Shown: positions 34,946 through 44,834 of the stretch, piece by piece | Layout: every line of letters starts with the position of its first letter | Numbering within the stretch: position 1 is the first letter of the stretch | Virus record (IMG/VR): IMGVR_UViG_3300042691_044682 | Span: 28,322 to 92,321 of that record | DNA from: a virus | Length of the DNA stretch: 64,000 nt | Reading direction: 5' to 3' (one strand) | Notes under the pieces: model-generated | The model's database searches: none | What the model saw: only the letters and a program-made list of their open reading frames with translations | What the model was told of the DNA's origin: nothing | Program-made: the position numbers and the translations under genes

Positions 34946-35803
34946 TCACCCCGCCACGCTGTAGATTGCCCAATACGTCTCGACCGCCGTGCCGCTGCAC
35001 TTGCCGCGCACCTGAAGCTGCGTGCCCTCCGGCACGTCCGCGAAGATCGGGACGCTGGTATGGAACCCCAGAAGCTCGTTCGTCGTGGTATTGACGTTGG
35101 CGTGCGCCGCATCTGTGTCGCCAAGCGTCAAGGGATTATTGCCCGCTCCGATCTGGCCGTAATAGGCGAGAGAGGTCCATGAGCCGGAATTTGGACCGGT
35201 AAACAAAAGGTTGTGGCAGAACAGGTTGGTTGGCGTCGTGCTGCCGACGGCCGTCCACGATCCCGCCCATGCGCCGGAGTTGCCCGCCGTGTGCGCCGTG
35301 CCGGAGTAGTTCGCCTCGTCCACCCCGGTCGAGACCACGCGCGACCCGCAGCGCCACGTCCCAGGCCCCTTGTAGCCGCCATAGACCGAGATCACGCCGC
35401 GATGCGTCCGGCCCGTCGTCAGGCTGCGCGCCTGAAGCCCGAGATTAGCGCCGGAAGGGATGCGAACGGGCAGCCATAGGTCTCTGGTGGCCGGATAACT
35501 GCCGCCGTGGCCAACGATAATGCCGCTAACCAAGGGGGCCGCTGCCCATGATGTCCCGCCAGCCGGGTCAATCAAGATGTCGGCAAGGCTCCGCGTGTCT
35601 GTGTTTGCCACATTTCCGCCGTAGATGCGGGCAACCAAAAGCTGCCCCTCGAACCCCAGCGCGCCGCCCCCCCAGGCGACCGGCGTGCCGTTTGTGCTGT
35701 TGCCGCCCGTGAAGCTGGTTCCGACCGTCGTGACGCCAGTGGTCGGCGTCGCCGCAAGGTTGTCGGTCAGGTAGGCGAAGGCGTGCGCGAAGGGCTTCAG
35801 CAC
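34946..35803 (-). CDS. putative receptor-binding/structural protein with two-domain repeat
   Basis: LPVRIPSGANL / VPIFADVPEGTQL repeated motif; lower GC. Confidence 0.7.
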   Translation of the reverse strand: MLKPFAHAFAYLTDNLAATPTTGVTTVGTSFTGGNSTNGTPVAWGGGALGFEGQLLVARIYGGNVANTDTRSLADILIDPAGGTSWAAAPLVSGIIVGHGGSYPATRDLWLPVRIPSGANLGLQARSLTTGRTHRGVISVYGGYKGPGTWRCGSRVVSTGVDEANYSGTAHTAGNSGAWAGSWTAVGSTTPTNLFCHNLLFTGPNSGSWTSLAYYGQIGAGNNPLTLGDTDAAHANVNTTTNELLGFHTSVPIFADVPEGTQLQVRGKCSGTAVETYWAIYSVAG

Positions 35804-35934
35804 GAGCGCACCTCTTCATCGGCCACGATGGCGAATGACGGCAGACGAATGGAGGCCGACCTTCTTCGCCGGCCTCCATCCTGTGCCGCCGGAGCGATGA
35901 TCGCGCGCGGCATGGCCCGCCCCCGTCGTCGCGC

Positions 35935-36330
35935 TCAGGCCATCGACAGATCGAGCGCGCCGGCGGCGATGGTGAGCTGGTCGTTGATGTTGATGGTGCG
36001 CGCGGTGGCGAACGTCCCCTGAAAGAGGCAGTTGCCGGCCGTCGTGGCATCCCACACCGAGACGCCGGAAACGACACCCCAGTTCGAGGTCGTCGCCGGG
36101 CCGAAGGTGATGTCGGCCGTGTTGTCGGACGTGCCCGTGCCGGCCACCGCCGAGGCGAAGGTCGCCGTCTTGCGGACATAGCCCGAGGTGGTCCCGAGCT
36201 CGCCGGTGCCGGTCTCGCCCGGGTTGGCGGTGTGGATTGCGACGAACCACGCCGTCGGTCGCGTGACCGCCTGCGCGTTCATCAGCCAGTTCAGGGTGGC
36301 GGCCTCGGCGTAGTCGCTGAGGTTGGACAT
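35935..36330 (-). CDS. phage tail fibre-associated protein
   Basis: SDYAE...AIHTANPGE...ITFGPATT.NWGVV...WDATTAGN. Confidence 0.8.
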   Translation of the reverse strand: MSNLSDYAEAATLNWLMNAQAVTRPTAWFVAIHTANPGETGTGELGTTSGYVRKTATFASAVAGTGTSDNTADITFGPATTSNWGVVSGVSVWDATTAGNCLFQGTFATARTININDQLTIAAGALDLSMA

Positions 36331-37346
36331 GCGGAGATCTCCTGTGTCGTGGTCAGAACCGACCGCAACAGCGTCTCGGGGGAGATCGACGCGATGCAGC
36401 TAGCAGCGCCGGTGTCCTTCTGGACCCGGCAGGTCGCCGGCTCCTTGTGGAGCCGGTGGCATGGCCAGCACGGCACTTCCTGCGGATCAGCGTGCAGGGT
36501 TGCCGTGTTGCGCCAGTGCTTCGTGATGTTGGTCGGGCTCGCATGGCTGAGCAGCAGCACCTTGCGGATGCGCTCTTCCATCGAGGCCGCCCACATGAGC
36601 CCGGTATCCGGGCCGATCAGCACGTCGAGCTGCTGCACCATCGTGAGCGCCTGACGGATGGACCAGCCCGAGGTGTGCTTGATGCGCGAGGTCCCGTCCG
36701 GGACGGTGTCGTGCGCCAGCTTCAGCACCTCCTCCACGATCTCGCGATCGCGCGGGAAGGTGCCAGCGAAAAAGACCAGCCGGGACCGCGGGAACGTCAT
36801 CAGCAGACGCGCCACCGCATGCGGCATCTTCGGATAGACCTTGTCGAGGTTGCTGCCGGCGCAGACCACGCCGATCAGCGGCTTCGCATCCCACCCCTCG
36901 ACCATGTCGGCCGCCCAGGCCTTCTCTTCGTCGGCGGGGAAGAAGCCCGGGGCGAAGTCGTGCGGCACGCCGGCCAGGTCGTGCAAGCGCTCCAGGTAGT
37001 TCACGTCCGCCAGCGCGCGCCGCGCCGTGTCGTCCCACCAGAACTGCATCTGGTCGGGAAAGAAGACGCAGGTGCGCTCAATGCTCTCGCTGAGGTGGAT
37101 GACCCTGTCATACGCCGGCGCCACCCGCTTGAAGAACTCCACGAAATCGTCGTGCTTCGGCCCGAAGGCGCCCTGGTCGAGCTCGCGCAGCACGTCGATG
37201 TGCGGGTTGTTCCGGTGGATCTCGGAGTAGGGCCGGTAGGCCATGAATGTGACGTGGTAACCCTGGGCCTTGAGCCCCGGGAGGATCGAGGAGGCGATGA
37301 GCTGATCGCCGATCACGCCCAGGCGGGCGACAAGGCAGGTCTTCAA
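36291..37346 (-). CDS. glycosyltransferase family 9 (heptosyltransferase-like)
   Basis: TTG start after ggaggag; RLGVIGD, NNPHID, LIGPDTGLMWAA, CWPC. Confidence 0.85.
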   Translation of the reverse strand: MKTCLVARLGVIGDQLIASSILPGLKAQGYHVTFMAYRPYSEIHRNNPHIDVLRELDQGAFGPKHDDFVEFFKRVAPAYDRVIHLSESIERTCVFFPDQMQFWWDDTARRALADVNYLERLHDLAGVPHDFAPGFFPADEEKAWAADMVEGWDAKPLIGVVCAGSNLDKVYPKMPHAVARLLMTFPRSRLVFFAGTFPRDREIVEEVLKLAHDTVPDGTSRIKHTSGWSIRQALTMVQQLDVLIGPDTGLMWAASMEERIRKVLLLSHASPTNITKHWRNTATLHADPQEVPCWPCHRLHKEPATCRVQKDTGAASCIASISPETLLRSVLTTTQEISACPTSATTPRPPP

Positions 37347-37738
37347 CGCGCTCCTCCGGAATAGGTGTGGCCGTGGCCCTCCTGCAGGAGCGTCGCCACG
37401 ACGTCCTGGCCCGCCTCGGTCCAGACCTCGGTCAGGTAGCGGCCGTACTTCTCCTGGCGGTCGCGATGGGTGCGGAGCAGCACCCGCGTCCCGGCGCCCG
37501 CCAGCTCGATCAGCCGGTTGCGCGCATGGAGCGCCCGCTGCCGTTCGTCCGGATCGCGGCTGTTGAGCTCGGGGGTGTCGATCCCCTGCAGGCGGAAGCG
37601 GTCGCGCCGGTAGACCCCGAAGCCGAGGTCCACCTCGGCGTCGATGGTGTCGCCGTCCACCACGCGCAGGATGGTGGCGCGGTAGACCCACAGATCCGTG
37701 GGCGGCGGGCAGACGAAGATGGCGGATGCGCTGCTCAC
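37343..37738 (-). CDS. thermonuclease (SNase) family protein
   Basis: RVVDGDTID...RLQGIDTPE...EKYGRYL...LLQEGHG. Confidence 0.92.
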   Translation of the reverse strand: MSSASAIFVCPPPTDLWVYRATILRVVDGDTIDAEVDLGFGVYRRDRFRLQGIDTPELNSRDPDERQRALHARNRLIELAGAGTRVLLRTHRDRQEKYGRYLTEVWTEAGQDVVATLLQEGHGHTYSGGAR

Positions 37739-38379
37739 GCTGCCCTCCACACCGACCAGACCGACCCCGCGGCGTAGAGCGGCGGGCCGAGCTGCTCCTC
37801 CTCCTCGAGCTTGAACCCCGCCGCCCGCAGCGCCGTGGGCACGTCCTTGCCGTCCGGCATCCAGCCGCCCACCACCGGGATCACCCGCTCCACCCGGTTG
37901 AGCAGGAAGAGCGGCGCCCGGGGCTTCAGGGTTCGCCGGATCGCCGCGATCGCCCGCTCGAGCTTCGGGATGTGCTGGAGCGACCAGGTCGCCACCGCCG
38001 CGTCGAAGCAGGCGTAGGTGCTGCTGCCCGCCCCCTCCTCGTAGACGGCCGGCGCCACAACCCGGAAGCGCTCCTCGTCCCCGACGTAGTACCGCGCCAG
38101 GCGCCGCATGTCGGGCGAGATGTCCACCCCGACCACATGGACGCCCCACTCGCACAGCGGCTTGGCCAGGCGGCCGATCCCGCACCCCCAGTCGAGGATG
38201 ACGCTCGGGGCGTCAGTCGGCGGCTCGAGGAACCCGACCATCCGCTGGAAGACGTCGGGGGTCTCCTTCTCCCACCGCTCGTCCGGGGTCATCCCGGCCT
38301 CCGGGGTCAGGATGATGTCCTTGGCCTGCCGCTCGGAGGCCACATTGAAGACCGTCGGGTCATAGGTTGGGGAAGCCAT
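37735..38379 (-). CDS. class I SAM-dependent methyltransferase
   Basis: ILDWGCGIGRL, GVDISPDM, WSLQHI, LKP. Confidence 0.9.
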   Translation of the reverse strand: MASPTYDPTVFNVASERQAKDIILTPEAGMTPDERWEKETPDVFQRMVGFLEPPTDAPSVILDWGCGIGRLAKPLCEWGVHVVGVDISPDMRRLARYYVGDEERFRVVAPAVYEEGAGSSTYACFDAAVATWSLQHIPKLERAIAAIRRTLKPRAPLFLLNRVERVIPVVGGWMPDGKDVPTALRAAGFKLEEEEQLGPPLYAAGSVWSVWRAA

Positions 38380-38391
38380 GCCCCGCGGTTT

Positions 38392-38410
38392 ATCACAGCC
38401 CTCTGTGCTT
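38392..38410. promoter_or_regulatory. CACA-N6-TGTG operator upstream of MTase cassette
   Basis: atcaca-gccctc-tgtgctt in a 39-bp gap. Confidence 0.65.
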
Positions 38411-38418
38411 CGCCACAA

Positions 38419-41400
38419 TCAGCCGGGCAGCTTGTCGATGACCCCGCCGACCCCGTAGCCCATGGTGTAGAACCCGACCCGGCGCATCCAGCCATTGATC
38501 TGGCGGTGGTCGGAACCGCCGGTGCCGGTGCCGGTCGTAAAGCCGCCCGCCACGATGACCGTCCCTTCCAGGGCCGGCAGGCCGCCGCCCTGGGCCGCGT
38601 CGTACTCGGTCGAGACGTTGCGCAGCGAGCGGCGCACCCGCGACGACGACCAGCTGGCCGCGCCGCGCAGGGTCGGCGAGACACCATGAGCCGTCTGCAC
38701 CGAGGACAGCGGGACATTGTAGAAAACGCCCCCGCTGATCTTCACCGGGTTGAAGGGGTTCGCGGTACCATTGTCGGACAGGGTCAACCCGAAGCCGTCG
38801 TTGTTGTTGTGGGTCCCGAAGGCCAGCACGTCCGAATTGCCGCTCTGGCGGCGCGTGCCCCGCATCAGCTCCCACTCGGCCGAAAGCGTGATCCCGTTCG
38901 TGCTGTCGTAGGGCACGTTGCTGATCGCGGTGGACACGATGTCGCGCTCGACGGTGGAGACGTCCGGCGAGGCCGCCGTCGGCAGGGAGATCGGGCCCGG
39001 ATAGTTGGTCTTGGTGACCTGGGGCACGCCGACCAGCAGGGAGAAGTCCAGCGCCGTGGTCGCGCTCCCGTTCGCCACCTCGAGGCCGACCACGAAGGTC
39101 GTGGTCCCGCTCTGGGCGAGAGTGAAGACCTCCCACAGCCGCAGGCGCCCAAAACCGTCCTCGGCATTGGCCGAACGCACCCGCGAGAGGGTCTGCCAGG
39201 CGCCTACCGCGGTCGAGCCGAGCTTGTTCCCGGCGCCGTCGTACTCGTCGACGACAAACCGCGCCTTCACCGCCGGCAGGGCGTCAAGGATCCCGATGAA
39301 GGCCGAGACGCAGACCTGCTCGCCGGTCGTGCCGGTGTGGCGGCCATAGGTGCCGGTGGTCGCATCGCCCCAGGCATAGACGGTGCCGATCTGGGTGCCG
39401 TCGCCGCCGCTGGCGGTGCCGTAGAGCCGGACCCGGCTGCGCGGGATGCCGTCCAGGTTCGCGGTGGCGAAGGTCTCCTTGGACAGCCCGCCAGCGGCGC
39501 TGATGATCCAGCCGGTCGGGTCGGTGCCCGGCGTGCCGGCCGAGGCGCCCTCGGCACGGGGGTTCTTGTTGAGCACGTCCGTCTTGCGGCGGATCATCAG
39601 GCCCTTGAGGCCGTGCAGCGGCACGCTGGAGCCGTTGCGGGCGGCATAGGCCGCCGCCGTCGCGGCCGTCATCAGCGCCGCCGAGTTCCGGCTCAGGTGC
39701 GGGAAATAGACCCGGAGCGTGATGTCGCACGCCGTGCTGGTCGTCGTCGCCACATGCAGATGCGGGGAGACCCGGGTGGTATCGGGGTCCGACAGCGTGC
39801 GCGTGTAGCTCGCCCAATAGATCGAACTGCCGCTGAGCGACCCCATGAAGCTCGAGGTGCCACCCTGCGTCTGCAGGGTCCCGGCGTCATTGTACTCCGC
39901 CATCCACAGGCGGATGTAGTTAAGGCCGGTCGTGCTACCCGCGACGATCCTGAGACCGACCTCGAAGGTCCAGGCTTCATTCTGGGCCGCCACGCAGTAG
40001 GTCGTGCTCGGCAGGGGATTGATGGCGTAGTTATTGCCGGCCGGGCTGGTGGCGTAGATGCGGATTTCGAGATACGGAATGCCGTTCTCGACGCCATTGC
40101 CGATGATCTCGCGGCTGACGCCGGACACCCCCGTCACGGTCCAGTTCGTGGGCAAGGTGCCGGGCGTGCCGGCGACGGCCCCATCGGCCCACGGGTTCGG
40201 ATTGCTCGGGTACTTCGCCGCCGGATCCCAATCCCAGGTGGCGACGTCGATCGCCGCCTCGGTCAGCGCCGGCCGCCCGCCACCCGCCGGCGCCGCGAAG
40301 TACCAGCCCTTCGTGGACCGGGCATGCGTCAGCACGGGGTCGCCCGGCATGGTCGCCTGCATGAAGTCCCAGGTGACCGTCTCGCCCGCCGCGTAGGCAA
40401 TCGCGCTGCCTGCCCCGGTAATCGCCGCCGGGGTGGGCCTCACCACCGACTTCGGCGTCGAGGCCAGCGTGCCGGCACCCGCCAGCGCCCGGCTCATCTT
40501 CACCACCGCACGCGGCGACGCCGCCACGCCGCCGGCGCCCGCAATAGCGCCGCTCACCTTCACGATCGACTTCGCCTGCGCGGCGACACTCCCGGACCCG
40601 GTCAGAGACGCATTGCCCATCCTCGCGTTGGCCCACGCGGAAAGACCGCCCGCGCCAGCGACCATCGCCGAGGCGGCGGCCTTGACGCGCGGCGTCGCGG
40701 CGTTGACGCCACCAGCGCCGGTCAGCGACGCCGTCATGGCGTGCGTCTGCCGCGGCATGGCCGCCACACTGCCGCCGCCGCCGGCCAGAGACGCCTGCGC
40801 GCCATAGGCCTGGATCGGCTGCCCGGCCGCCATGGCGCCAGCGCCGGTAAGCGTCGCCCGACCGTGCTTGCGCGACGTGAAGGCCCGCTCGCGGCCATAC
40901 CCCTTGGCAATCCAGTCCGCGGTGCGCTCCACCCCGGTCCCGGCCGCGTTGAAAAACCGCACCGTGAACCCGGTCCGGCTGATGCTGGTGATGGACCAGT
41001 AGTCGCCCGTGGCGAGATCCTGCCCCGTCACCGCCAGCGCCGGCGTCTCGTGGAACCGCTCGGTGAAGGTGATGGCAGTCCCGGCCGCAGCGATGGTGAC
41101 GTCGTTCGCCGCCTCCACCCGGTCCGGCACATCGATGGCGATGGACAGGTCGGACACCTCGACCCCCGTCACGCCGCCGTCGAGGCTCGCGATGGTCAGG
41201 CGGAACTGCAGGGCGCGCGCCTCGATCTCGGCGGTGGTGAAGGGCTTCCACAGCCCCCAGCCTTCCTCCGCCGGGTCATCGATGGTGGCGCGGTACTCGA
41301 GCGAAGCCGACCAGTCCTCCCCGCCGCCGGAGGCCATCTGCGTGACGTCCGACAGCGTCGTCCACGAGCCGATGATGTCGCTGTCGACGACCCCGTAGGC

Positions 41401-44094
41401 CACGATGGACGGCATGACCCGGACGCGGGAGGGCTCGCCGATGTCGGCGGTCTGGAAGGTGTAGGTGCCGGAGGTCTGCCCCTCTGCCAAGGTCAGACCG
41501 TCGCCGGTGACCGTGGTGGAGACCTTCGTGCCGGTCCAGTCCGGGTGCTCGTCCTGGGTGGCGATGACGTTGAGGGTCGCCAGCTCAAAGGCGGTCGAAA
41601 TCACAACGATCGCGGTCTCGCTCTCCACCCCGGCCAGGCTGACCGCCTTGAGCAGGTAGGTCCCGTCGCGCGGCGGCCCGTCGAACAGCAGCGCATCCAC
41701 CCGGTCGACCAGCACCACCGAGGCCGGCCAGGACGCGGAGGACAGGCTCGGGCTGTACTTGATCCGGTAGAAGACCGACTTGTGCTGCCGCACCGCGCCC
41801 CAGGTCAGCCGCAGCCGGCCATCGACCATCTCGGCGTTGAAGTCCGTCACGTTGTCGGGGACCCAGGCCAGCCCCTTCACCGTGAGGCCGGTGCGCTCCA
41901 GCCAGATCGAGCTGCGGCCGAGCGCGTCCACGGCGCGCACCCGGATCGAGATGGCGCCCTCGGTGATGTCGCCGACGTCGATCGAGTTGCCGAAGGCGTC
42001 CCCGATGCGGGTGTAGGCCGGGTCCACCGAGCGCTTCACCTCGACCGTGTAGGAGCGCACGCGGGCGTCGGTGCTGTGCTTCCAGGACACCGTCGCCATG
42101 GCGCGCACGGCGCCGCTGGCGAAGCTCTGGAACTCCTCGAGGCTGATCTCGCTCGGCGGCTGGATCGCCCCGGTCGGGAACATCGAGAAGGACGGCGGGT
42201 CGCGGTTGATGCCCTGCTCAACCCGGTCGTACTTCGTCTCGTCGTGGAAGAGCGCGGAGATCTCGTAGATGTGCTTGTCCACCTCGGCGATGGAGATGAC
42301 CCGATGCGGCCGCGGCGCGGCGGCAGAGGTCGTCATCATCCACACGCTCTCGGTGCCCGGCACCTGGCTGAAAGGCGCTGCCAGGGTGAGGACGGTATGG
42401 CTCCCGAGCCCGTTGGTGACCGCGCGCTCTTCCAGCGCACCGTCGGGCAGCGTGACCCGCAGATAGGCGGTCGAGCCATCGATGGTGACCGGGCTGTCCA
42501 CCGTCACGGACCAGAGCGAGGCCGAGACCACCCGCCCGCCGAACCGCGCGCCGGCCCACCAGCGATCCGAGATGAGCACGATGTCGCCAGGGCGAACGTC
42601 GATCTGATCGAAGCCGCCGCGGTAGGTGCAGAGCTGCGTCTCGTTCTCCTCGGCGTCGAGTGCCCACCGGCCGATCCGGCGTGCCTGGGTGCGGCTCGAC
42701 ACGCCCATGCCGGCGATCTCGATGGGAACGCTGCCGCGCGTGCCGAGGCCCTTTCCCTGGATGAGTTCGATGTCCGGCCGGTAGCCATTGAGCGGGTCGG
42801 AGAACATGACCGCGGCGACGGTATGCCGGGCGCGCAAACCAGAGCCCTCGTAGTTGAAGGTTCCTTCGAGGACATTGGCATTGGTGACCAGCTTCACAGG
42901 CGAGGCCGGGCGGTCCTGCGTCGCGGTGATAGTGCCGGCGCCCCAGTAGACCATGCCGCGGAAGGTGGCGGCGATGGACTGCAGGACGGAATAGGCTTCG
43001 GACCTGGTGTTGATGACGCCGTTGAAGGCGAAGCGCGGCTCCATGCCGCCCTGGCCGTCCGGTACCAGCTGGTCGCAGTACTGGGCAATCTCGTAGATCG
43101 CCCACTTGTCGACCATGGCCGGCTTGATCTGCGCGCCGAGCCCGTAGCGGGTGTTCGTCAGCAGGTCGTAGAAGACCCAGGCCGGATTGTCGGTCCAGGC
43201 GATCTTCGACAGCGAGCCGTTCCAGACGCCGCCCGTCGTGCCCGGGCCTGAGGTGGCATAGGCGCGCGTCACCGGGTCATAGTTCTCCGGGACCGCGATC
43301 TTGAGGCCCTTGATCTCGTAGGTGCGCTGCGGAACCGAGGAGCCGAAGGTCTCGGCATCGAGCGCGAGCCCGATGTAGGCCGTGTTCGGGTAGGACAGCT
43401 TCCAGTCGAGGATCTCGGTGAAGCTGCCCCAGTAGATCTTGTCCTGGATGGTGGTGTCGTCGTCGTTGTCGGCCGGGTCGAGGCGCTTCACGCGGATCTG
43501 CCACGGCCCCGTGCCATGGACTGGGAAGGTCCAGGACTTCTCGTAGGGCGAGGTACACTTCCCGCTGATGACGTCGTTGACCATCAGCGCCCAGTCGCCG
43601 GTCGAGGCCTTGAGCTCGATGCCGATGCGAACGGCGACCGCGGTGACGTCGCCGGTCGTGCGGTCCTGGATGAACAGGGCCGGGAAGCGCAGCGTCACCC
43701 GCAGGTGGGTGAGCGGCCCGAGCGCGGTGCTCTTGGTGACACCGCCCATCTTCATCGAGACGAGCTGGCCGACCGGCACCTCGCGCGCCGCGGTCTCGGA
43801 CACCGCGGCGGCCATCGCGTCCTGGTCGGGCAGGCCGGCCATGAGCGCGAGGTTCACGCCCTGGAAGTTGTAGGACCCGTCGGCGTTCTGCAGCGGCGTG
43901 TCGTCGAAGAAGACGCTCTTGAGCCCGTCCGCGAAGCCCTCGATCGGCCCTTCGGACAGGATATCCATGACGTAGGCTGTCGATTTCGAGCGCAGGGTAT
44001 TGGGCGCCTCGTAGGGCGCGCGCTGCCGGCCGCCGCCACCGCCCTTGCCGCCGCCGGCGCCGCGCACGCTCATCGCCGAGGCCTCGGCGGTCAT
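38419..44094 (-). CDS. central tail tip protein (lambda J-like) with long C-terminal extension
   Basis: GAGGGKGG, LSEGPIEG, YPNTA, WTDNPAW, FN3-like domains. Confidence 0.9.
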   Translation of the reverse strand: MTAEASAMSVRGAGGGKGGGGGRQRAPYEAPNTLRSKSTAYVMDILSEGPIEGFADGLKSVFFDDTPLQNADGSYNFQGVNLALMAGLPDQDAMAAAVSETAAREVPVGQLVSMKMGGVTKSTALGPLTHLRVTLRFPALFIQDRTTGDVTAVAVRIGIELKASTGDWALMVNDVISGKCTSPYEKSWTFPVHGTGPWQIRVKRLDPADNDDDTTIQDKIYWGSFTEILDWKLSYPNTAYIGLALDAETFGSSVPQRTYEIKGLKIAVPENYDPVTRAYATSGPGTTGGVWNGSLSKIAWTDNPAWVFYDLLTNTRYGLGAQIKPAMVDKWAIYEIAQYCDQLVPDGQGGMEPRFAFNGVINTRSEAYSVLQSIAATFRGMVYWGAGTITATQDRPASPVKLVTNANVLEGTFNYEGSGLRARHTVAAVMFSDPLNGYRPDIELIQGKGLGTRGSVPIEIAGMGVSSRTQARRIGRWALDAEENETQLCTYRGGFDQIDVRPGDIVLISDRWWAGARFGGRVVSASLWSVTVDSPVTIDGSTAYLRVTLPDGALEERAVTNGLGSHTVLTLAAPFSQVPGTESVWMMTTSAAAPRPHRVISIAEVDKHIYEISALFHDETKYDRVEQGINRDPPSFSMFPTGAIQPPSEISLEEFQSFASGAVRAMATVSWKHSTDARVRSYTVEVKRSVDPAYTRIGDAFGNSIDVGDITEGAISIRVRAVDALGRSSIWLERTGLTVKGLAWVPDNVTDFNAEMVDGRLRLTWGAVRQHKSVFYRIKYSPSLSSASWPASVVLVDRVDALLFDGPPRDGTYLLKAVSLAGVESETAIVVISTAFELATLNVIATQDEHPDWTGTKVSTTVTGDGLTLAEGQTSGTYTFQTADIGEPSRVRVMPSIVAYGVVDSDIIGSWTTLSDVTQMASGGGEDWSASLEYRATIDDPAEEGWGLWKPFTTAEIEARALQFRLTIASLDGGVTGVEVSDLSIAIDVPDRVEAANDVTIAAAGTAITFTERFHETPALAVTGQDLATGDYWSITSISRTGFTVRFFNAAGTGVERTADWIAKGYGRERAFTSRKHGRATLTGAGAMAAGQPIQAYGAQASLAGGGGSVAAMPRQTHAMTASLTGAGGVNAATPRVKAAASAMVAGAGGLSAWANARMGNASLTGSGSVAAQAKSIVKVSGAIAGAGGVAASPRAVVKMSRALAGAGTLASTPKSVVRPTPAAITGAGSAIAYAAGETVTWDFMQATMPGDPVLTHARSTKGWYFAAPAGGGRPALTEAAIDVATWDWDPAAKYPSNPNPWADGAVAGTPGTLPTNWTVTGVSGVSREIIGNGVENGIPYLEIRIYATSPAGNNYAINPLPSTTYCVAAQNEAWTFEVGLRIVAGSTTGLNYIRLWMAEYNDAGTLQTQGGTSSFMGSLSGSSIYWASYTRTLSDPDTTRVSPHLHVATTTSTACDITLRVYFPHLSRNSAALMTAATAAAYAARNGSSVPLHGLKGLMIRRKTDVLNKNPRAEGASAGTPGTDPTGWIISAAGGLSKETFATANLDGIPRSRVRLYGTASGGDGTQIGTVYAWGDATTGTYGRHTGTTGEQVCVSAFIGILDALPAVKARFVVDEYDGAGNKLGSTAVGAWQTLSRVRSANAEDGFGRLRLWEVFTLAQSGTTTFVVGLEVANGSATTALDFSLLVGVPQVTKTNYPGPISLPTAASPDVSTVERDIVSTAISNVPYDSTNGITLSAEWELMRGTRRQSGNSDVLAFGTHNNNDGFGLTLSDNGTANPFNPVKISGGVFYNVPLSSVQTAHGVSPTLRGAASWSSSRVRRSLRNVSTEYDAAQGGGLPALEGTVIVAGGFTTGTGTGGSDHRQINGWMRRVGFYTMGYGVGGVIDKLPG

Positions 44095-44834
44095 CAGGTG
44101 CGCCCCACCACGGCCGCGGTGATCTTGCCCGTCTGGCCGGCGGTCGTGATCACGGAGTTGGCGACGTAGTCCTCGGCCTTGAGCGAGGCCGCGCCAACCA
44201 CCGTTCCCGCGCGCACCTTGCCGTAGACCAGCGGCACCGGGCCGCCCTGGACGTAGGTATTCACCGGCCCGGTGAAGAGGAACGAGGGGTTCTGGTCGAC
44301 GGTCAGCGGTCCCTGCGTCTTCGGCTGCGGAGCGAGCATCATGGTCACCCCGGTGAAGACCAGGCCCAGGCCCATCATGCCGACGGTGCTCGCCGACAAG
44401 ACGCCGCTCACGCCGATAACCGAAGTGCCCCAGGCCGCCGCCGAGGCCGCCGAAGCGCCGCCCGCCGCGCCCGCCGCCGTCACAGATGCCGAAGCCGCGC
44501 CGAACCAACCGATTGCCGCGCCATAGGTGACCACCGCGGCGACGATCATCACCACTCCGGCGATGATCTTGCCCGCCCCGCTGTTCTTCGCGCCCGCGGC
44601 CGCGGGGACGATGTGCAACTCGGTCTCGGCCCCGAAGCGCAGCCCGAGCCCCTCCGGCGTCAGCCCCATGCGGCCGCGCACTACCCGGTAGGCCCCGTCG
44701 GCCACCGCCTGCCGGAAGCCGCGCAGCATGCTGCACAGGGCCCGGATCGCCTCGGCGGGGGTGTCCACCGCCAAGTCGAAGCGGGGCCCGAAGCGCCGCC
44801 CCAGGCCGCCATGCAGATGGATGGATCGGATCAT
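44094..44834 (-). CDS. tail assembly protein (lambda I-like)
   Basis: IHLHGGLGRRFG...EAIRAL...QGGPVPLVYG. Confidence 0.88.
   Translation of the reverse strand: MIRSIHLHGGLGRRFGPRFDLAVDTPAEAIRALCSMLRGFRQAVADGAYRVVRGRMGLTPEGLGLRFGAETELHIVPAAAGAKNSGAGKIIAGVVMIVAAVVTYGAAIGWFGAASASVTAAGAAGGASAASAAAWGTSVIGVSGVLSASTVGMMGLGLVFTGVTMMLAPQPKTQGPLTVDQNPSFLFTGPVNTYVQGGPVPLVYGKVRAGTVVGAASLKAEDYVANSVITTAGQTGKITAAVVGRT

Noticed and set aside
37726-43251. 1841-aa plus-strand ORF (and similar ones at 46466-49354, 27498-29759, 2107-3978, 56476-58887)
   Set aside because: Antisense or off-frame shadows of GC-rich genes; Arg/Gly/Pro-rich without motifs.
30156-44094. Diversity-generating retroelement acting on tail fibres
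   Set aside because: No reverse transcriptase and no adenine-specific template/variable repeat pair seen; the repeats are protein-level.
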